Of a stretch of DNA of 64,000 bases, positions 20,940 to 31,007 are shown piece after piece. This stretch comes from Sedimentisphaerales bacterium. GTDB taxonomy: Bacteria; Planctomycetota; Phycisphaerae; Sedimentisphaerales; Anaerobacaceae. The stretch covers positions 128,001 through 192,000 of the forward strand of contig OY970194.1 in NCBI GenBank assembly GCA_963708075.1, written 5' to 3'. Each line of letters starts with the position of its first letter. The first letter of the stretch is position 1. A program made the position numbers and the translations under genes. The notes beneath the pieces were generated by a model, which saw only the letters and a program-made list of their open reading frames with translations, made no database searches and was not told where the DNA came from.

Positions 20940-21314
20940 TCAACTCAGGAGCGGCCCTGCGGCATCCGCCACAATTTCAACGTTCCGGTCGGTCACGGGG
21001 GCTTTGCCCTTTTCCATTCCGAGGTCCGTGACGCGCACGTGTGCGAACTTCGTGAACCCGGCCTGCTCCAGTGTTTTCTTTGTGCAATCGAGCGAGCAGC
21101 CGTCGATGGCCAGGATGTGTGCGCCCGCCCCGGTCTTCTCCAGGATGCCCTGCACCCGACCGCCGATACCGGCCAGACAGAACATCTTGCCCTTGCCGTC
21201 CCTGGTCAGCTTGCGTGCCGCCCGGTCGCTGATTGCGCCGACATCGGCGACCCCGGAACACGCGAAGATCAACTTCTCCCCGCCGACACACTCGTGTGGA
21301 TTCGCGCTACTCAT
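20940..21314 (-). CDS. DGC-domain putative zinc-binding protein
   Basis: FACSG…VG, CLAGIGG, ILAIDGCSLDC. Confidence 0.85.
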   Translation of the reverse strand: MSSANPHECVGGEKLIFACSGVADVGAISDRAARKLTRDGKGKMFCLAGIGGRVQGILEKTGAGAHILAIDGCSLDCTKKTLEQAGFTKFAHVRVTDLGMEKGKAPVTDRNVEIVADAAGPLLS

Positions 21315-21324
21315 CCTGATCTCC

Positions 21325-21558
21325 TTACGCCAGCCATTTCTTGATTTCATCCGGCGAGGGCACCTTGCCGACGACTTTCACCTTCCCATCGATCGCCAGG
21401 GCCGGCGTCATCATCACGCCGAATTTCATGATCTCGTTGATGTCAGTGACCTTCTCGATGCTGCATTCGACACCCGCGGCTTTGACCGCGGCCGCGGCGT
21501 TCTCCGCCAGCTTCTTGCACTTGGGACATCCCGTCCCGAGCACCTGTATTCTTGTCAT
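21325..21558 (-). CDS. Small thioredoxin-like redox-active disulfide protein
   Basis: IQVLGTGCPKC, KVTDINEI, GVMMTPALAIDG. Confidence 0.9.
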   Translation of the reverse strand: MTRIQVLGTGCPKCKKLAENAAAAVKAAGVECSIEKVTDINEIMKFGVMMTPALAIDGKVKVVGKVPSPDEIKKWLA

Positions 21559-21572
21559 TGCACGTCCTCTTC

Positions 21573-22910
21573 TTAGAAAAACGCTCCGAATATCATCCCG
21601 GTGATGGTTGACATGATGACCACGAGCGACACATAGACAGCGGTCTTCTGCGTCCCCATGATGGAACGGAGCACCAGTATGCTGGGCAGGGATAGAGCCG
21701 GGTCGGACAGCAGCATCGCCATCGCCGGGCCCTTGCCCATGCCGGCTCCCATGAGCCCCTGCACGATCGGCACTTCGGTCAATGTCGAGAAATACATGAA
21801 TGCTCCGAAGACCGACGCAAAGAGATTCGCCCTGAGGGAGTTGCCGCCCACCGCTGCGTTGACCCAAGTCGCCGGAATAATACCCTCGTGGTCTGGGCCG
21901 GGCTGGCCCAACAGGAAGCCCGCCATGAGCACCCCGAAGAGCAGCAATGGCATGATCTGCTTGGCGAAGCCCCAGGTCGCCTCCAGCCACTCGCGCAACT
22001 CGTCCCGGCTGAACCATGAGCCGGCCATGAAGGCAAAGGCCGCCAGCAAGGCCACCACAAGAGCCCAGCGGAGCCGATAGATCCACTCGTAAACGGTGTT
22101 CTTCTGCACATCGTCCATCCGCTGCAGGAGGCCGGCCGGCAGGTGGCGGGTCTTGCCTGCGGTATTCACGAGGGTCACAGTCTCTTCCGTCCTGCTGACC
22201 AGCTTTCCCTCGACCTGATACGTGCTCAGCCCGTTGGGACAGCAGAGAATGAAGGCCCGCACATCGCCGCTGCGGGCCCAGTTTGCGAATACGAGGATAC
22301 CGACCATGGAGGCGAAATAGGCGGCATTCTGCCATAAAGGTCGTGCGACCTGCAGCTCGGGCAGGACCGCCTGGTCAGCCACTTTTGCGAGTTCCTCGCG
22401 CCGGTAGATCAAGTGCATCAGCAGCCCGATGATGATACTGAAGGCCACAGCCCCGACCGCCCGCGCGACGCCGATCTCAAAGCCAAGGATCCGGGCCGTC
22501 AGGATGATCGCCAGGACATTGATAGCCGGGCCGGAGTAGAGAAATGCCGTAGCCGGACCCAGCCCCGCGCCCATTCTGTAAATCCCCGCAAATAGCGGCA
22601 ACACCGTGCAGGAGCATACGGCCAGCACGGAGCCGGAGACCGATGCAACGCCGTAGGCGAGGACCTTGTTGGCCCGGGCGCCGAGATACTTCATCACCGA
22701 CGCCTGGCTGACGAAGACAGCGATCCCGCCGGCGATGAAGAATGCCGGGACAAGGCACAGCAGAACGTGCTCCCTCGCGTACCACCTGGTCAGGCTGAAC
22801 GCCTCTGTGACGGCGCCGTTGAAACGAGGGGCCTCCACCGGCAGGTAGAAGAACGCGAGAAAAACGACCCCGATGCCGGCGAGCTTCTTCCATTCGTTTT
22901 TCCAGTCCAT
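21573..22910 (-). CDS. ArsP/DUF318 family permease
   Basis: HVLLCLVPAFFIAG, LAVCSCTVLPLF, GPAIN, MYFSTLTEVP, PALSLP. Confidence 0.85.
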   Translation of the reverse strand: MDWKNEWKKLAGIGVVFLAFFYLPVEAPRFNGAVTEAFSLTRWYAREHVLLCLVPAFFIAGGIAVFVSQASVMKYLGARANKVLAYGVASVSGSVLAVCSCTVLPLFAGIYRMGAGLGPATAFLYSGPAINVLAIILTARILGFEIGVARAVGAVAFSIIIGLLMHLIYRREELAKVADQAVLPELQVARPLWQNAAYFASMVGILVFANWARSGDVRAFILCCPNGLSTYQVEGKLVSRTEETVTLVNTAGKTRHLPAGLLQRMDDVQKNTVYEWIYRLRWALVVALLAAFAFMAGSWFSRDELREWLEATWGFAKQIMPLLLFGVLMAGFLLGQPGPDHEGIIPATWVNAAVGGNSLRANLFASVFGAFMYFSTLTEVPIVQGLMGAGMGKGPAMAMLLSDPALSLPSILVLRSIMGTQKTAVYVSLVVIMSTITGMIFGAFF

Positions 22911-22923
22911 GCAGCAGCTCCTG

Positions 22924-23253
22924 TCACAGCGCGGCCAACAGCTTCTCGTTGTCCTTCGCCTGCTGTTTCACAACTCGAGTGATACACGACAGCCACTCCG
23001 CGACACAAGGCGTTTTGAGGTTGTAGAAGACCTTGAGTCCATCCTTGCGGCAGGTCAGCACGCCGGCGTGGACCATGACCGCCAGATGCCGCGAGATATT
23101 CGACCGCTCGGAGCCAACGTGCTCGGCGATGTCACAGACGCACCGCTCACCCTCCTTGAGGAAATCGATCACCGCAATCCGCAGCGGATGCGCCACCGCC
23201 TTGGCAATCCCCGCCTGGCGTTCGAACAAAAGTGCCTTCGTCTTGTCTATCAT
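22924..23253 (-). CDS. ArsR/SmtB family regulator
   Basis: KAVAHPLRI, ERCVCDI, SNISRHL, TPCV…C. Confidence 0.9.
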   Translation of the reverse strand: MIDKTKALLFERQAGIAKAVAHPLRIAVIDFLKEGERCVCDIAEHVGSERSNISRHLAVMVHAGVLTCRKDGLKVFYNLKTPCVAEWLSCITRVVKQQAKDNEKLLAAL

Positions 23254-23264
23254 GGTGAACTCCA

Positions 23265-23314
23265 ACTATATGATAACATAGTCACATAGTAACCCATGCG
23301 GATACAGATGTCAA
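23265..23314 (-). promoter_or_regulatory. Sigma70 promoter of the arsR-permease operon with an overlapping operator
   Basis: Minus-strand TTGACA(23314)-N17-TACTAT(23291-23286); IR ACTATATGA…TCACATAGT at 23265-23290. Confidence 0.75.
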
Positions 23315-23330
23315 CAAGAAAATCGATGAG

Positions 23331-23552
23331 TCAGCGAATCTGTTCCCATTCCTCCCGTGTGATCCCCGCTTGGCGTAGAATGCGAGCCAGCAACTCGCGA
23401 CCAATGTCACCTTTATGAGGGTTGGGGATGGTCAGGGCTGCATCGCCTTTGCACATGAAGTGGTGTTTGCCGCCTCTGTATGGCTCGTCGAATCCCAAGG
23501 CACGCAAGTATCGAATCAAGTCCCTTCTCGATATGGGGCCGAACGGAGGCAT
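23331..23552 (-). CDS. hicA: Type II toxin, HicA family
   Basis: LRALGF…GGKHHFM…TIPNPH…LLARILRQAG. Confidence 0.9.
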   Translation of the reverse strand: MPPFGPISRRDLIRYLRALGFDEPYRGGKHHFMCKGDAALTIPNPHKGDIGRELLARILRQAGITREEWEQIR

Positions 23553-23800
23553 CAGGCCACTATCTCCTTCTTCACAGTCAATTCAATCCCGTCGATCTTG
23601 GGCAGGGGGAGGTTCTTGTGGACTCGAAAGAGGAGCCAGTCCTCAAGTGCCTCGGCGAGTTCACTGCGGCATTCCTCCAGCGTCGCGGCATTGGCATAAA
23701 CCCCTGGGCATTCCGGGATTTCGCCGTAGTACGTGCCGTCGTCGCTCAGGATTTCATAGTGTGCGTGTTCCATCGCGGCCTGAAGGTATTTCGTGAGCAT
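23552..23800 (-). CDS. hicB: Type II antitoxin, HicB family (short form without a DNA-binding domain)
   Basis: YEILSDDGTYYGEIPECPGVYA…TLEECR…LPLP; TGATG overlap with hicA. Confidence 0.9.
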   Translation of the reverse strand: MLTKYLQAAMEHAHYEILSDDGTYYGEIPECPGVYANAATLEECRSELAEALEDWLLFRVHKNLPLPKIDGIELTVKKEIVA

Positions 23801-23988
23801 ATGTCAGCATCCTGTCCCTGTGATTCTCGATCCTGCAGCTTGTGTAGAACGTTCCTATACTGCTATATTACCATTTGGCGATTACGGCATCAATTCTTCT
23901 CCTCTCGGCATGGACCCTATGTCATGTTGGCAGTTGATATCTTGGGGCGGCGGTGGTAGAAATTGGCGTTTCCATGGTTGTGGCGGAT

Positions 23989-25119
23989 ATGAAGAAAAAA
24001 CGGGTGTTCATTAGTGTGAACGATCCCAGTGCGGATGCGCACTGTGCGGGGCTGATTGCTGCGCTGAAGCGGGCCGGGACGCCGATTGAGTTCGTCGGGA
24101 TCGGGGGGCCGAAGATGACGGCCGCAGGGTGCGAATTGCTCGAAAGCACCGTCGGCAAGGCCGTGATGGGCTACAACGCCGTGGCTCATCTCGGGCACTA
24201 CTACGCACTCTTGCGACGCGTACGGGCCTATCTGCGGGAGCATCCTGTCGATCTGGTGATCGTGTGTGATTCGCCCTCGTTCAATTTCCACGTGGCCAAG
24301 GCGGCGAACGAGGCAGGCATCAAGACCCTGTTTTATGTGGCTCCGCAGCTTTGGGCGTGGGGCGGGTGGCGCATCCATAAGCTCCGCCGACTCTGTGACA
24401 AGCTCTGCTGCATCCTGCCTTTCGAGGAATCGTGGTTTCGCCAGAGGGGTGTGGATACGGTCTTCGTTGGCAACCCACTGCTCGACAAGCTGCCGAGCGA
24501 CCTGACCGGCTTTCGCAAGGACTACTCCCATTTCGAGCCGAGGGACGCCAGGATCGCCCTGATGCCGGGCTCGAGATCGGCGGAGATCGGGACCCTGTGG
24601 CGGCCGATGCAGGAGATCGCCGGGCGACTGAAACAGAAGTACCCGGGCATGAGCTTTGTCGTCGTGGCGGCCAGCGATGAGCGGCGGCGATTGCTGGAAC
24701 AGGCCCAGGTCCCCGGCTTTGCCTGCGAGTACTCCGTGGACACAGTCCGTGACACGGCATCGCGGGTGGACTTCTCGATTGTGGCCAGCGGCAGCGCGAC
24801 GCTGGAGGTGGCGTCCTCCGGCTGTCCCATGGTGACCATGTACCACACGAGCCCCGTTCTGTGGCACCTCATCGGACGGTGGCTGGTCCGGACGAAGTTC
24901 TTCACGTTGGTCAATCTCCTTGCCGGCCGGCGATTAGTGCCTGAGTTCATACCGTTCTTTACCGCCGTCGAGCCGATCATCCGGACGATTGACGATTACC
25001 TGCAGGACAAAGACCTCCTGACGCGAACGAGCAACGAGTTGATCGATATGGTGGAGCCGATGACACGAAAGAAAGCCGGCGATGCGGTGGCGGCTGTTGT
25101 CACGGAAATGCTGAGATGA
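23989..25119 (+). CDS. lpxB: Lipid-A-disaccharide synthase
   Basis: GIGGPKM, DSPSFN, YVAPQLWAW, ILPFE, VGNPL, MPGSR, SGSATLE, VPE. Confidence 0.92.
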   Translation: MKKKRVFISVNDPSADAHCAGLIAALKRAGTPIEFVGIGGPKMTAAGCELLESTVGKAVMGYNAVAHLGHYYALLRRVRAYLREHPVDLVIVCDSPSFNFHVAKAANEAGIKTLFYVAPQLWAWGGWRIHKLRRLCDKLCCILPFEESWFRQRGVDTVFVGNPLLDKLPSDLTGFRKDYSHFEPRDARIALMPGSRSAEIGTLWRPMQEIAGRLKQKYPGMSFVVVAASDERRRLLEQAQVPGFACEYSVDTVRDTASRVDFSIVASGSATLEVASSGCPMVTMYHTSPVLWHLIGRWLVRTKFFTLVNLLAGRRLVPEFIPFFTAVEPIIRTIDDYLQDKDLLTRTSNELIDMVEPMTRKKAGDAVAAVVTEMLR

Positions 25120-25161
25120 TCGTGACCACCGGCGACGTTCATTTTCACCCGTATGGTTTCC

Positions 25162-26100
25162 ATGAATAGCATGACAAAAGCCGGCCGGATCGATATGGCC
25201 GCCACCGGAGCTTGCCTTGGCGCGGTGGCCCTCTGGTCGACAGGGCCTATCTTCATCAAATATCTGGCTGGGCCGATTGATTCCTGGTGCCAGAACGCGC
25301 TGCGCTACTCCGTGGCGTTTCTTTTCTGGTTCCCTTTCCTGTTGTATGTCATGAGGAACGGAGCCCTTGATCCTCGGACCTGGCGCCGGGCCATCCTGCC
25401 CTCCGTGGCCAACGTCGTGATGCAGAGCCTGTACGCAGCCGCCTTCTATCACATTGACCCCGGCTTTCTCACCCTGCTATCCAATACCTCGGCCCTCTGG
25501 GTCGCCGGCTTCTCGCTGACGCTGTTTCCGGAGGAAAGACCGCTGCTTGCCAGTGCCCGCTTCTGGGGCGGCCTCCTGCTTTCTCTCAGCGGCTTGTTCG
25601 GAATCTTGTACTTCAAAGAGGGATTCGGCGAGAAACGCACCCAGATCGGTGTCCTCCTCATCCTTTTGCAGGCCCTGATGTGGGGGGTGTACACGATTAC
25701 TGTGAAGACCGCGTTTCGGGACATCGACTCGCGGACCGGGTTCTCCGTGATCAGTATCTACACGGTCGTCGGGCTGTGGATCTGCACGTTCCTGTGGGGC
25801 CATCCCGGGCCGGCGCTGGACCTGGGGATGGGGCCCTGGGCAGCGATCATATTCTCGGGCATCACCGGCATCGCCCTGGCCCACGTCTTCTATTATACGG
25901 CCATCCAACGCATCGGGGCGACAATCCCCATGCTGGTGGTCCTGGCCCAGCCTTTCCTTGTCTTTGGCCTGTCCCACACCATCTTTCACGAGCGGCTCAA
26001 TGGTCCTCAATTGCTTTGCGGCGTAGTCCTGCTGATGGGGTCTGGGCTATCCATCTGGGCTCAGCAGCATCTGCGGCCCAGAATGTCGAAGCGGGTCTGA
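25162..26100 (+). CDS. EamA/DMT family transporter
   Basis: About 10 TM segments in two repeats; FPEER and FHERL motifs; start uncertain. Confidence 0.85.
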   Translation: MNSMTKAGRIDMAATGACLGAVALWSTGPIFIKYLAGPIDSWCQNALRYSVAFLFWFPFLLYVMRNGALDPRTWRRAILPSVANVVMQSLYAAAFYHIDPGFLTLLSNTSALWVAGFSLTLFPEERPLLASARFWGGLLLSLSGLFGILYFKEGFGEKRTQIGVLLILLQALMWGVYTITVKTAFRDIDSRTGFSVISIYTVVGLWICTFLWGHPGPALDLGMGPWAAIIFSGITGIALAHVFYYTAIQRIGATIPMLVVLAQPFLVFGLSHTIFHERLNGPQLLCGVVLLMGSGLSIWAQQHLRPRMSKRV

Positions 26101-26238
26101 AACCCGCCCGTAGGGCTGCCGACTGCCGGTGGGATCTGAAAGCTGTTGAACTCCCCTGAACTGTTCGGTACAATGGATCTTCTATGTATGGGCGTGTACA
26201 CCCGGCGGGAGCGGGGCGGTTAATTTAGAACGATTTCG

Positions 26239-28004
26239 ATGGCAGCAAGGCATCATAATTTTATACGGTTTCTGGGGTACGTTCGGCCGTATGTGAAGTA
26301 CCTGGCTCTGGCGGTTGCGGGCGGGATCGCGAAGTTCACCGTCCCGCTGCTGGTGCCCCAGGTCACCCGGCATCTGTTGGACAATGTCTTTCTCGACGCG
26401 GACTTGACGCGCAGCCAGAAGCTGCACGAGCTGCTGCTCTACGTCGGCGGCATGATGGCCGTCTTTATCTTCATCTACGCGCCATTCGTCTACATCCGGC
26501 ATCTCTACTCGGACAAGGCGGGCCACCGGGCGGTCTTCCAAATGCGATGCGATCTCTACTACCGCATCCTGCGCATGAGCGCCTCGTTTTTCCAGCGGAA
26601 CAAGACCGGGGCGATCCTGACCCGCCTGATCAGCGACGTTCAGCTCGCGCAGAATCTCATCGGCACCGCCCTGACCAACATCTGGATGGATGCCATAGCG
26701 GTCGTTGTCGTGCTGTATTTCCTGTTGAAGATCGACATCCTGACGACCATGGTGGCTCTGGCGACGTTTCCCCTGTACCTGTTCTGTTTCCGGCGGTTCA
26801 GCACCGAGATTCGGGCGACGACCCGCCAGGTCCAGGACGAGCTGTCGGCGATGAGCAGCAGCGCCCAGGAGCGAATCTCCGGAAGCATCATCATTCGTGC
26901 GTTCGCCCAGGAGCAGACGGAGGAAAAGCGATTCGAGATCGACTCGGAGCGGCTGTTCTCGACGAACATGCGGCGAATCCTCATCCAGAGCCTCAACCAG
27001 GCCATCACCGGCACCCTGACGGGTATCGCGCCGCTGATCGTCATCTGCTTCGGCGGCTACCGCGTGATCGGTGGGGACATGACGGTCGGCGAGCTGATCG
27101 CCGTGACGATGTACCTCTCGCCGCTCTACCTGCCGCTGCAGAGGTTCTCCGAGCTGAACGTGGTCTACGCCAACGCGATGGCGGCGCTGGATCGCATCTA
27201 CGAGATCATGGACGAAAAACCCGAGATCGTCAGCGCCCCGGCGCGATTGACCTGCCCCAGATTCGCGGCGACGTGGAGTTTGACGGCGTCAGCTTCGCAT
27301 ACGACCCGAGCTGCCCGGTCCTGCACGGGGTGACATTCCGCGTCGAGCCGGGCGAGCGCGTGGCCCTCGTTGGGCCGAGCGGGTCGGGCAAGACTACCAT
27401 CGTCAGCCTGATCCCTCGTTTCTATGACGTCCGCGCCGGCCACGTTCGCATCGATGGTCACGATGTGCGCGACATCCGAATCGAGTCGCTTCGCCGGCAT
27501 ATCAGCATGGTGTTGCAGGACCCGATCCTCTTCAGCGGCACGATCCGCGAGAGCATTCTCTATGGCCGTCCGTCCGCCACGGACGCCGAGGTTCTGGATG
27601 CCGCCCGGGCGGCCAACGCCCTGGAGTTCATCACGGCCCTGCCCAACGGCTTCGATACGGAAGTGGGGGAGCGGGGCAGTGCCCTCTCCGGCGGCCAGCG
27701 CCAGCGAATCACCATCGCCCGCGCGTTCCTGAAGGATCCGAAGATCCTGATTCTGGATGAAGCGACGGCCAATCTCGACCCGGAGTCCGAGTACCTGATT
27801 CAAGGCGCCATGAAACGCCTGATCCTCGGCCGCACCACGTTCATCATCGCCCACCGGCTCTCCACCATCATCAACGCCGACCGAATCCTGGTCCTCTGCG
27901 CCGGCAAAGTCATCGAGTCCGGCACGCACCACCAGCTTATAGCCAATGGCGGCCTCTACCGCGACTTCCACAAAAAACAATTCGCCTCCGCCGAAATCAA
28001 CTGA
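26239..28004 (+). CDS. ABC exporter, fused permease and ATPase (frameshift near 27235)
   Basis: TMD in ORF 26239-27333; NBD with GPSGSGKT, LSGGQRQR, ILDEAT, IAHRLST in ORF 26547-28004. Confidence 0.88.
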
Positions 28005-28030
28005 GGCGAGTCCGGATTGGATTGCGCGGC

Positions 28031-28558
28031 TCAGCCGCCCTCGGGTTCCGGACCAGGGTCAGATTGCCAGTCGATGGCATGACGCTGGTCACGCGATAGC
28101 TGAAGAAGCCAGGCGAGTGCACGGGTGACCTTCGCGCCAGTCATGTCGGCATCCGTGAAAGCGCATTTGTGGAAGGTAGCTCGACGAAGGTCTGCACCGC
28201 GCAGGATAGCCCCGCGGAAGATGACATGCTTGAATATGGAGGCACGCAAGTCCGCACGGGAGAGGTCGGCGGTGCTGAAGTCCACGTCGATGAAGTCGTT
28301 CCAGTTGGCGGCGGACTCTGAGAGATCGGTACCGCGGAATGAAACGCTGCGGATTTCCGATCGTCCGAAGAAGGCGCGTGGTAGAGTAAGCCCCCCGAGG
28401 TCAGCGTCGGCAAGTCGCATGCGAAAGAAGCTGACGCCAAGCTGCTCATCGTCAAAGCGAGGCGACCTCGCGGGCAACGACGGAACGTCGCCGACATCCA
28501 GAAGACCGTGGCTCTGGAGTAACCTGCAGGACTCAACGTATGACCTTCGGTCAAGCAT
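28031..28558 (-). CDS. Pentapeptide-repeat protein
   Basis: Repeated ADLS/ADLR/AILR/ADMT pentapeptides. Confidence 0.85.
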   Translation of the reverse strand: MLDRRSYVESCRLLQSHGLLDVGDVPSLPARSPRFDDEQLGVSFFRMRLADADLGGLTLPRAFFGRSEIRSVSFRGTDLSESAANWNDFIDVDFSTADLSRADLRASIFKHVIFRGAILRGADLRRATFHKCAFTDADMTGAKVTRALAWLLQLSRDQRHAIDWQSDPGPEPEGG

Positions 28559-28575
28559 ACATTAATCGCGGTCTA

Positions 28576-30168
28576 TCATTCGGTCGCCGTTTCGGCGGGG
28601 AGTTTCAGGCGGGGGTCGGAGAGGTCCAGGCGGTACATGATCTGGTTGTACTCGTAGTAGGGGGTCGGGTGCGGATTGCCGCTGAAGGTGTTGACGTAGG
28701 AGCCTTCGATGTAGATGATCCGGCCGCCCTCGCGGTCGAAGAAGGGGTGCTGCGTCGGGTTGTAGAAATCGTGGGCGTCGCCCTCCTTGTTCGCGTGCGT
28801 GATGATCTTCCTTGCGTGCACCCAGGGGCCCTCGGGCCGGTCGGCCTCGCTGTACCACACCTCGCCGAGCATCGTCGCGCCCATGGCCTCCGACGCGATC
28901 ATGATGTACTTCTTGCGGTAGTCGTTCCAGAAGCAGGAGCAGTTGTTCAGCAGGACCGGCTTGCCGCCCTCGGCGTCCTGCAGGCGAAAGGGCGATTCCT
29001 CTCGCTTCATCTTTCCGGCGGCGACGAGGTCCCCCTGATCCTTGGGATTGAGCGGTGGCGTGTCCCTCTTCCATCCCCAGATGAGCTTGCCGTCATTGTT
29101 GCGGTCAAGTTGGACGTCGTCCTTGCTGCCATAGCGGGTGCCGGGCTTGAGACAGGTGTAGCCCTCATAGGTGGAGAGGTCCGAGTACGACCTCCAATCC
29201 GCCCGGATGCGCAGCGCGGGGTACGGTGTGGTGAAATAGACGTACTCGGCCCCATCGGCGTGCTTAACGCGGAATGGGTAGCCCGTGGGATAGAGCGGCG
29301 GGTCAAGGGGGACGTTGTTGAGCTTCTCGAACACGTCCTTCTCATCGTTGTAGACGACAAAGCCGTTCTCCAGTACGGCGCCCAGTCCGCGTCGGCGCTG
29401 GAAGTAGGCGATCATCCGCTCCCGGCCGGACTCGTCGGGCAGGACGCCTACGCCAAAGAGCCAGACCACGCCCTCACCTCCGATTGGGGACATTGATCGG
29501 GCAAAGCCGTCCTTGCCGACGAAGTACTTCAGGTTAAACCCGACCGATGGGTCGATCTTATCCGGCAGTTCCGTCGTAGCTCCTGTCATGGAGAAGTTGC
29601 CGAGCGCGTAGGCCAGCCTGCCGGTGTCGCCGTAGAACCAGTAGAGCTTGCCGCGGTAGATGGCGTTCAGGATGCCGTCCTGTCCCGTCACCTCCGCGTT
29701 GAGCAGCGGCTCGGCGATTGGCGACTTGCGGCCGAGCAGCACGGTGTCACGGTAGATCCCCTGGCCGGTAATGCGGTAGATCCGCTCGGCGATATTGATG
29801 CGCTTGATCTTGAGTTGGGCACTGCCGCCGGATTTGGTCTCCAGGACGATGCCGCGGATGCCGAAGCCGTCCTTCTGGAACTCGTAGCCGTGGGCCGAGA
29901 CACCGAAGAAGACCCTCCTATCCATCAGCCCCGGCTCGTAGAACGCGACCAGGCCGCTGGAATCCGTGTAGTATCTCACCGTATTGGTGGTCTGAAGCTC
30001 GACCATCGGCACGCCGCGTCCCGTCTGCTCGTCGATGACTTCGATGGCGAGATACTGCCCAGCCTGTGACGTCATGGATCCGCCCCAACACACCCCCACG
30101 CCCAACCCCAGCGCGAGTACAATGAACATCTGACAGGCGATCACGCGGACAGTTTCAGGACTACGCAT
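28576..30168 (-). CDS. Exported hypothetical protein (possible beta-propeller)
   Basis: Signal peptide, VIDEQTGRGVP N-terminal domain, WFYGDT, PEGPW, FYNP; strong GC3 codon bias; family not established. Confidence 0.65.
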   Translation of the reverse strand: MRSPETVRVIACQMFIVLALGLGVGVCWGGSMTSQAGQYLAIEVIDEQTGRGVPMVELQTTNTVRYYTDSSGLVAFYEPGLMDRRVFFGVSAHGYEFQKDGFGIRGIVLETKSGGSAQLKIKRINIAERIYRITGQGIYRDTVLLGRKSPIAEPLLNAEVTGQDGILNAIYRGKLYWFYGDTGRLAYALGNFSMTGATTELPDKIDPSVGFNLKYFVGKDGFARSMSPIGGEGVVWLFGVGVLPDESGRERMIAYFQRRRGLGAVLENGFVVYNDEKDVFEKLNNVPLDPPLYPTGYPFRVKHADGAEYVYFTTPYPALRIRADWRSYSDLSTYEGYTCLKPGTRYGSKDDVQLDRNNDGKLIWGWKRDTPPLNPKDQGDLVAAGKMKREESPFRLQDAEGGKPVLLNNCSCFWNDYRKKYIMIASEAMGATMLGEVWYSEADRPEGPWVHARKIITHANKEGDAHDFYNPTQHPFFDREGGRIIYIEGSYVNTFSGNPHPTPYYEYNQIMYRLDLSDPRLKLPAETATE

Positions 30169-30232
30169 CTTACACAGCTCCTACCATGCATGTTCTGTAG
30201 CCAAATGCGTTCTCAATAGATAGACATGGACA

Positions 30233-30676
30233 TCATAGCATGCCCATGTCCCTTGCCATCTTCTTGCTTACCACCAGTCCATTTGGGAACTGAAGGAAGG
30301 TGAAGGAATCGGAAATCTCCGGGCTGCACAGGCCCTCTTGTCCCATTCTGATCCGACACGCATGCTCTATTTGCGCGGCTTTGGACGCAACGGTCGATTT
30401 CTTAGTGCTGAAGAAGCCGCAGATCACGTCGGGCGGCAGGTAGTGCGCATTGCTTTGGTCAAAGAGAAAATTCAGCCTGGCGATTACATAGATCACCGCA
30501 CTGGCCCAGACTTCCTTCTTCCCGCCGGTGATTACGAAGTTACGTTTTCTGCCGATCTGCTCCCAGAGTTCTATGACATAGCCGGCCAATTCCGGCGTCA
30601 GATGTTCCTGCGAGAACGCCTCCAGAAGCGTTTGGACTTCCTTGATTCGTGCGATCTTCTTCGGGTCGGATGCCAT
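30233..30676 (-). CDS. DUF6398-like hypothetical protein
   Basis: WASAVIYVIARLNFLFD…ICGFFSTKKSTV pattern. Confidence 0.65.
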   Translation of the reverse strand: MASDPKKIARIKEVQTLLEAFSQEHLTPELAGYVIELWEQIGRKRNFVITGGKKEVWASAVIYVIARLNFLFDQSNAHYLPPDVICGFFSTKKSTVASKAAQIEHACRIRMGQEGLCSPEISDSFTFLQFPNGLVVSKKMARDMGML

Positions 30677-31007
30677 TTGGACTTATCCTCCATTCCCAAC
30701 AGGCGTATCTTCTTGCCGACAGCGGGAATGGTAGCACGACATACCAGCCAATGCAATGGGCTTGCTGCAGGCGATCCGATCTGGTCGGTGTGGCTGGGGG
30801 AGGTTTAGCGTCTTGTGGTCGAGTCTGTGCCCCCGACGTCCTCGTGTGTTGGCCTGCTTGAACTGGACCAGGGCCGGCATTGGACCCAAAAGCAGTATAA
30901 TCCTCATTGCGGACTATACCTGCCGGCAGCACACTCTGTGCAATCGATAGGGCTCAAACAGACCGTGGGGCCGAATGGTTCACGGGACGACCTTTGGAGG
31001 GTTGCAC

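Noticed and set aside
21325..22335. 336-aa ORF ending in a thioredoxin domain
   Set aside because: Its N-terminal part overlaps the permease in another frame; the real gene starts at ATG 21558 after an RBS.
17977..23800. Arsenic cluster plus hicBA as a mobile element
   Set aside because: No integrase, transposase, tRNA target or terminal repeats were seen.
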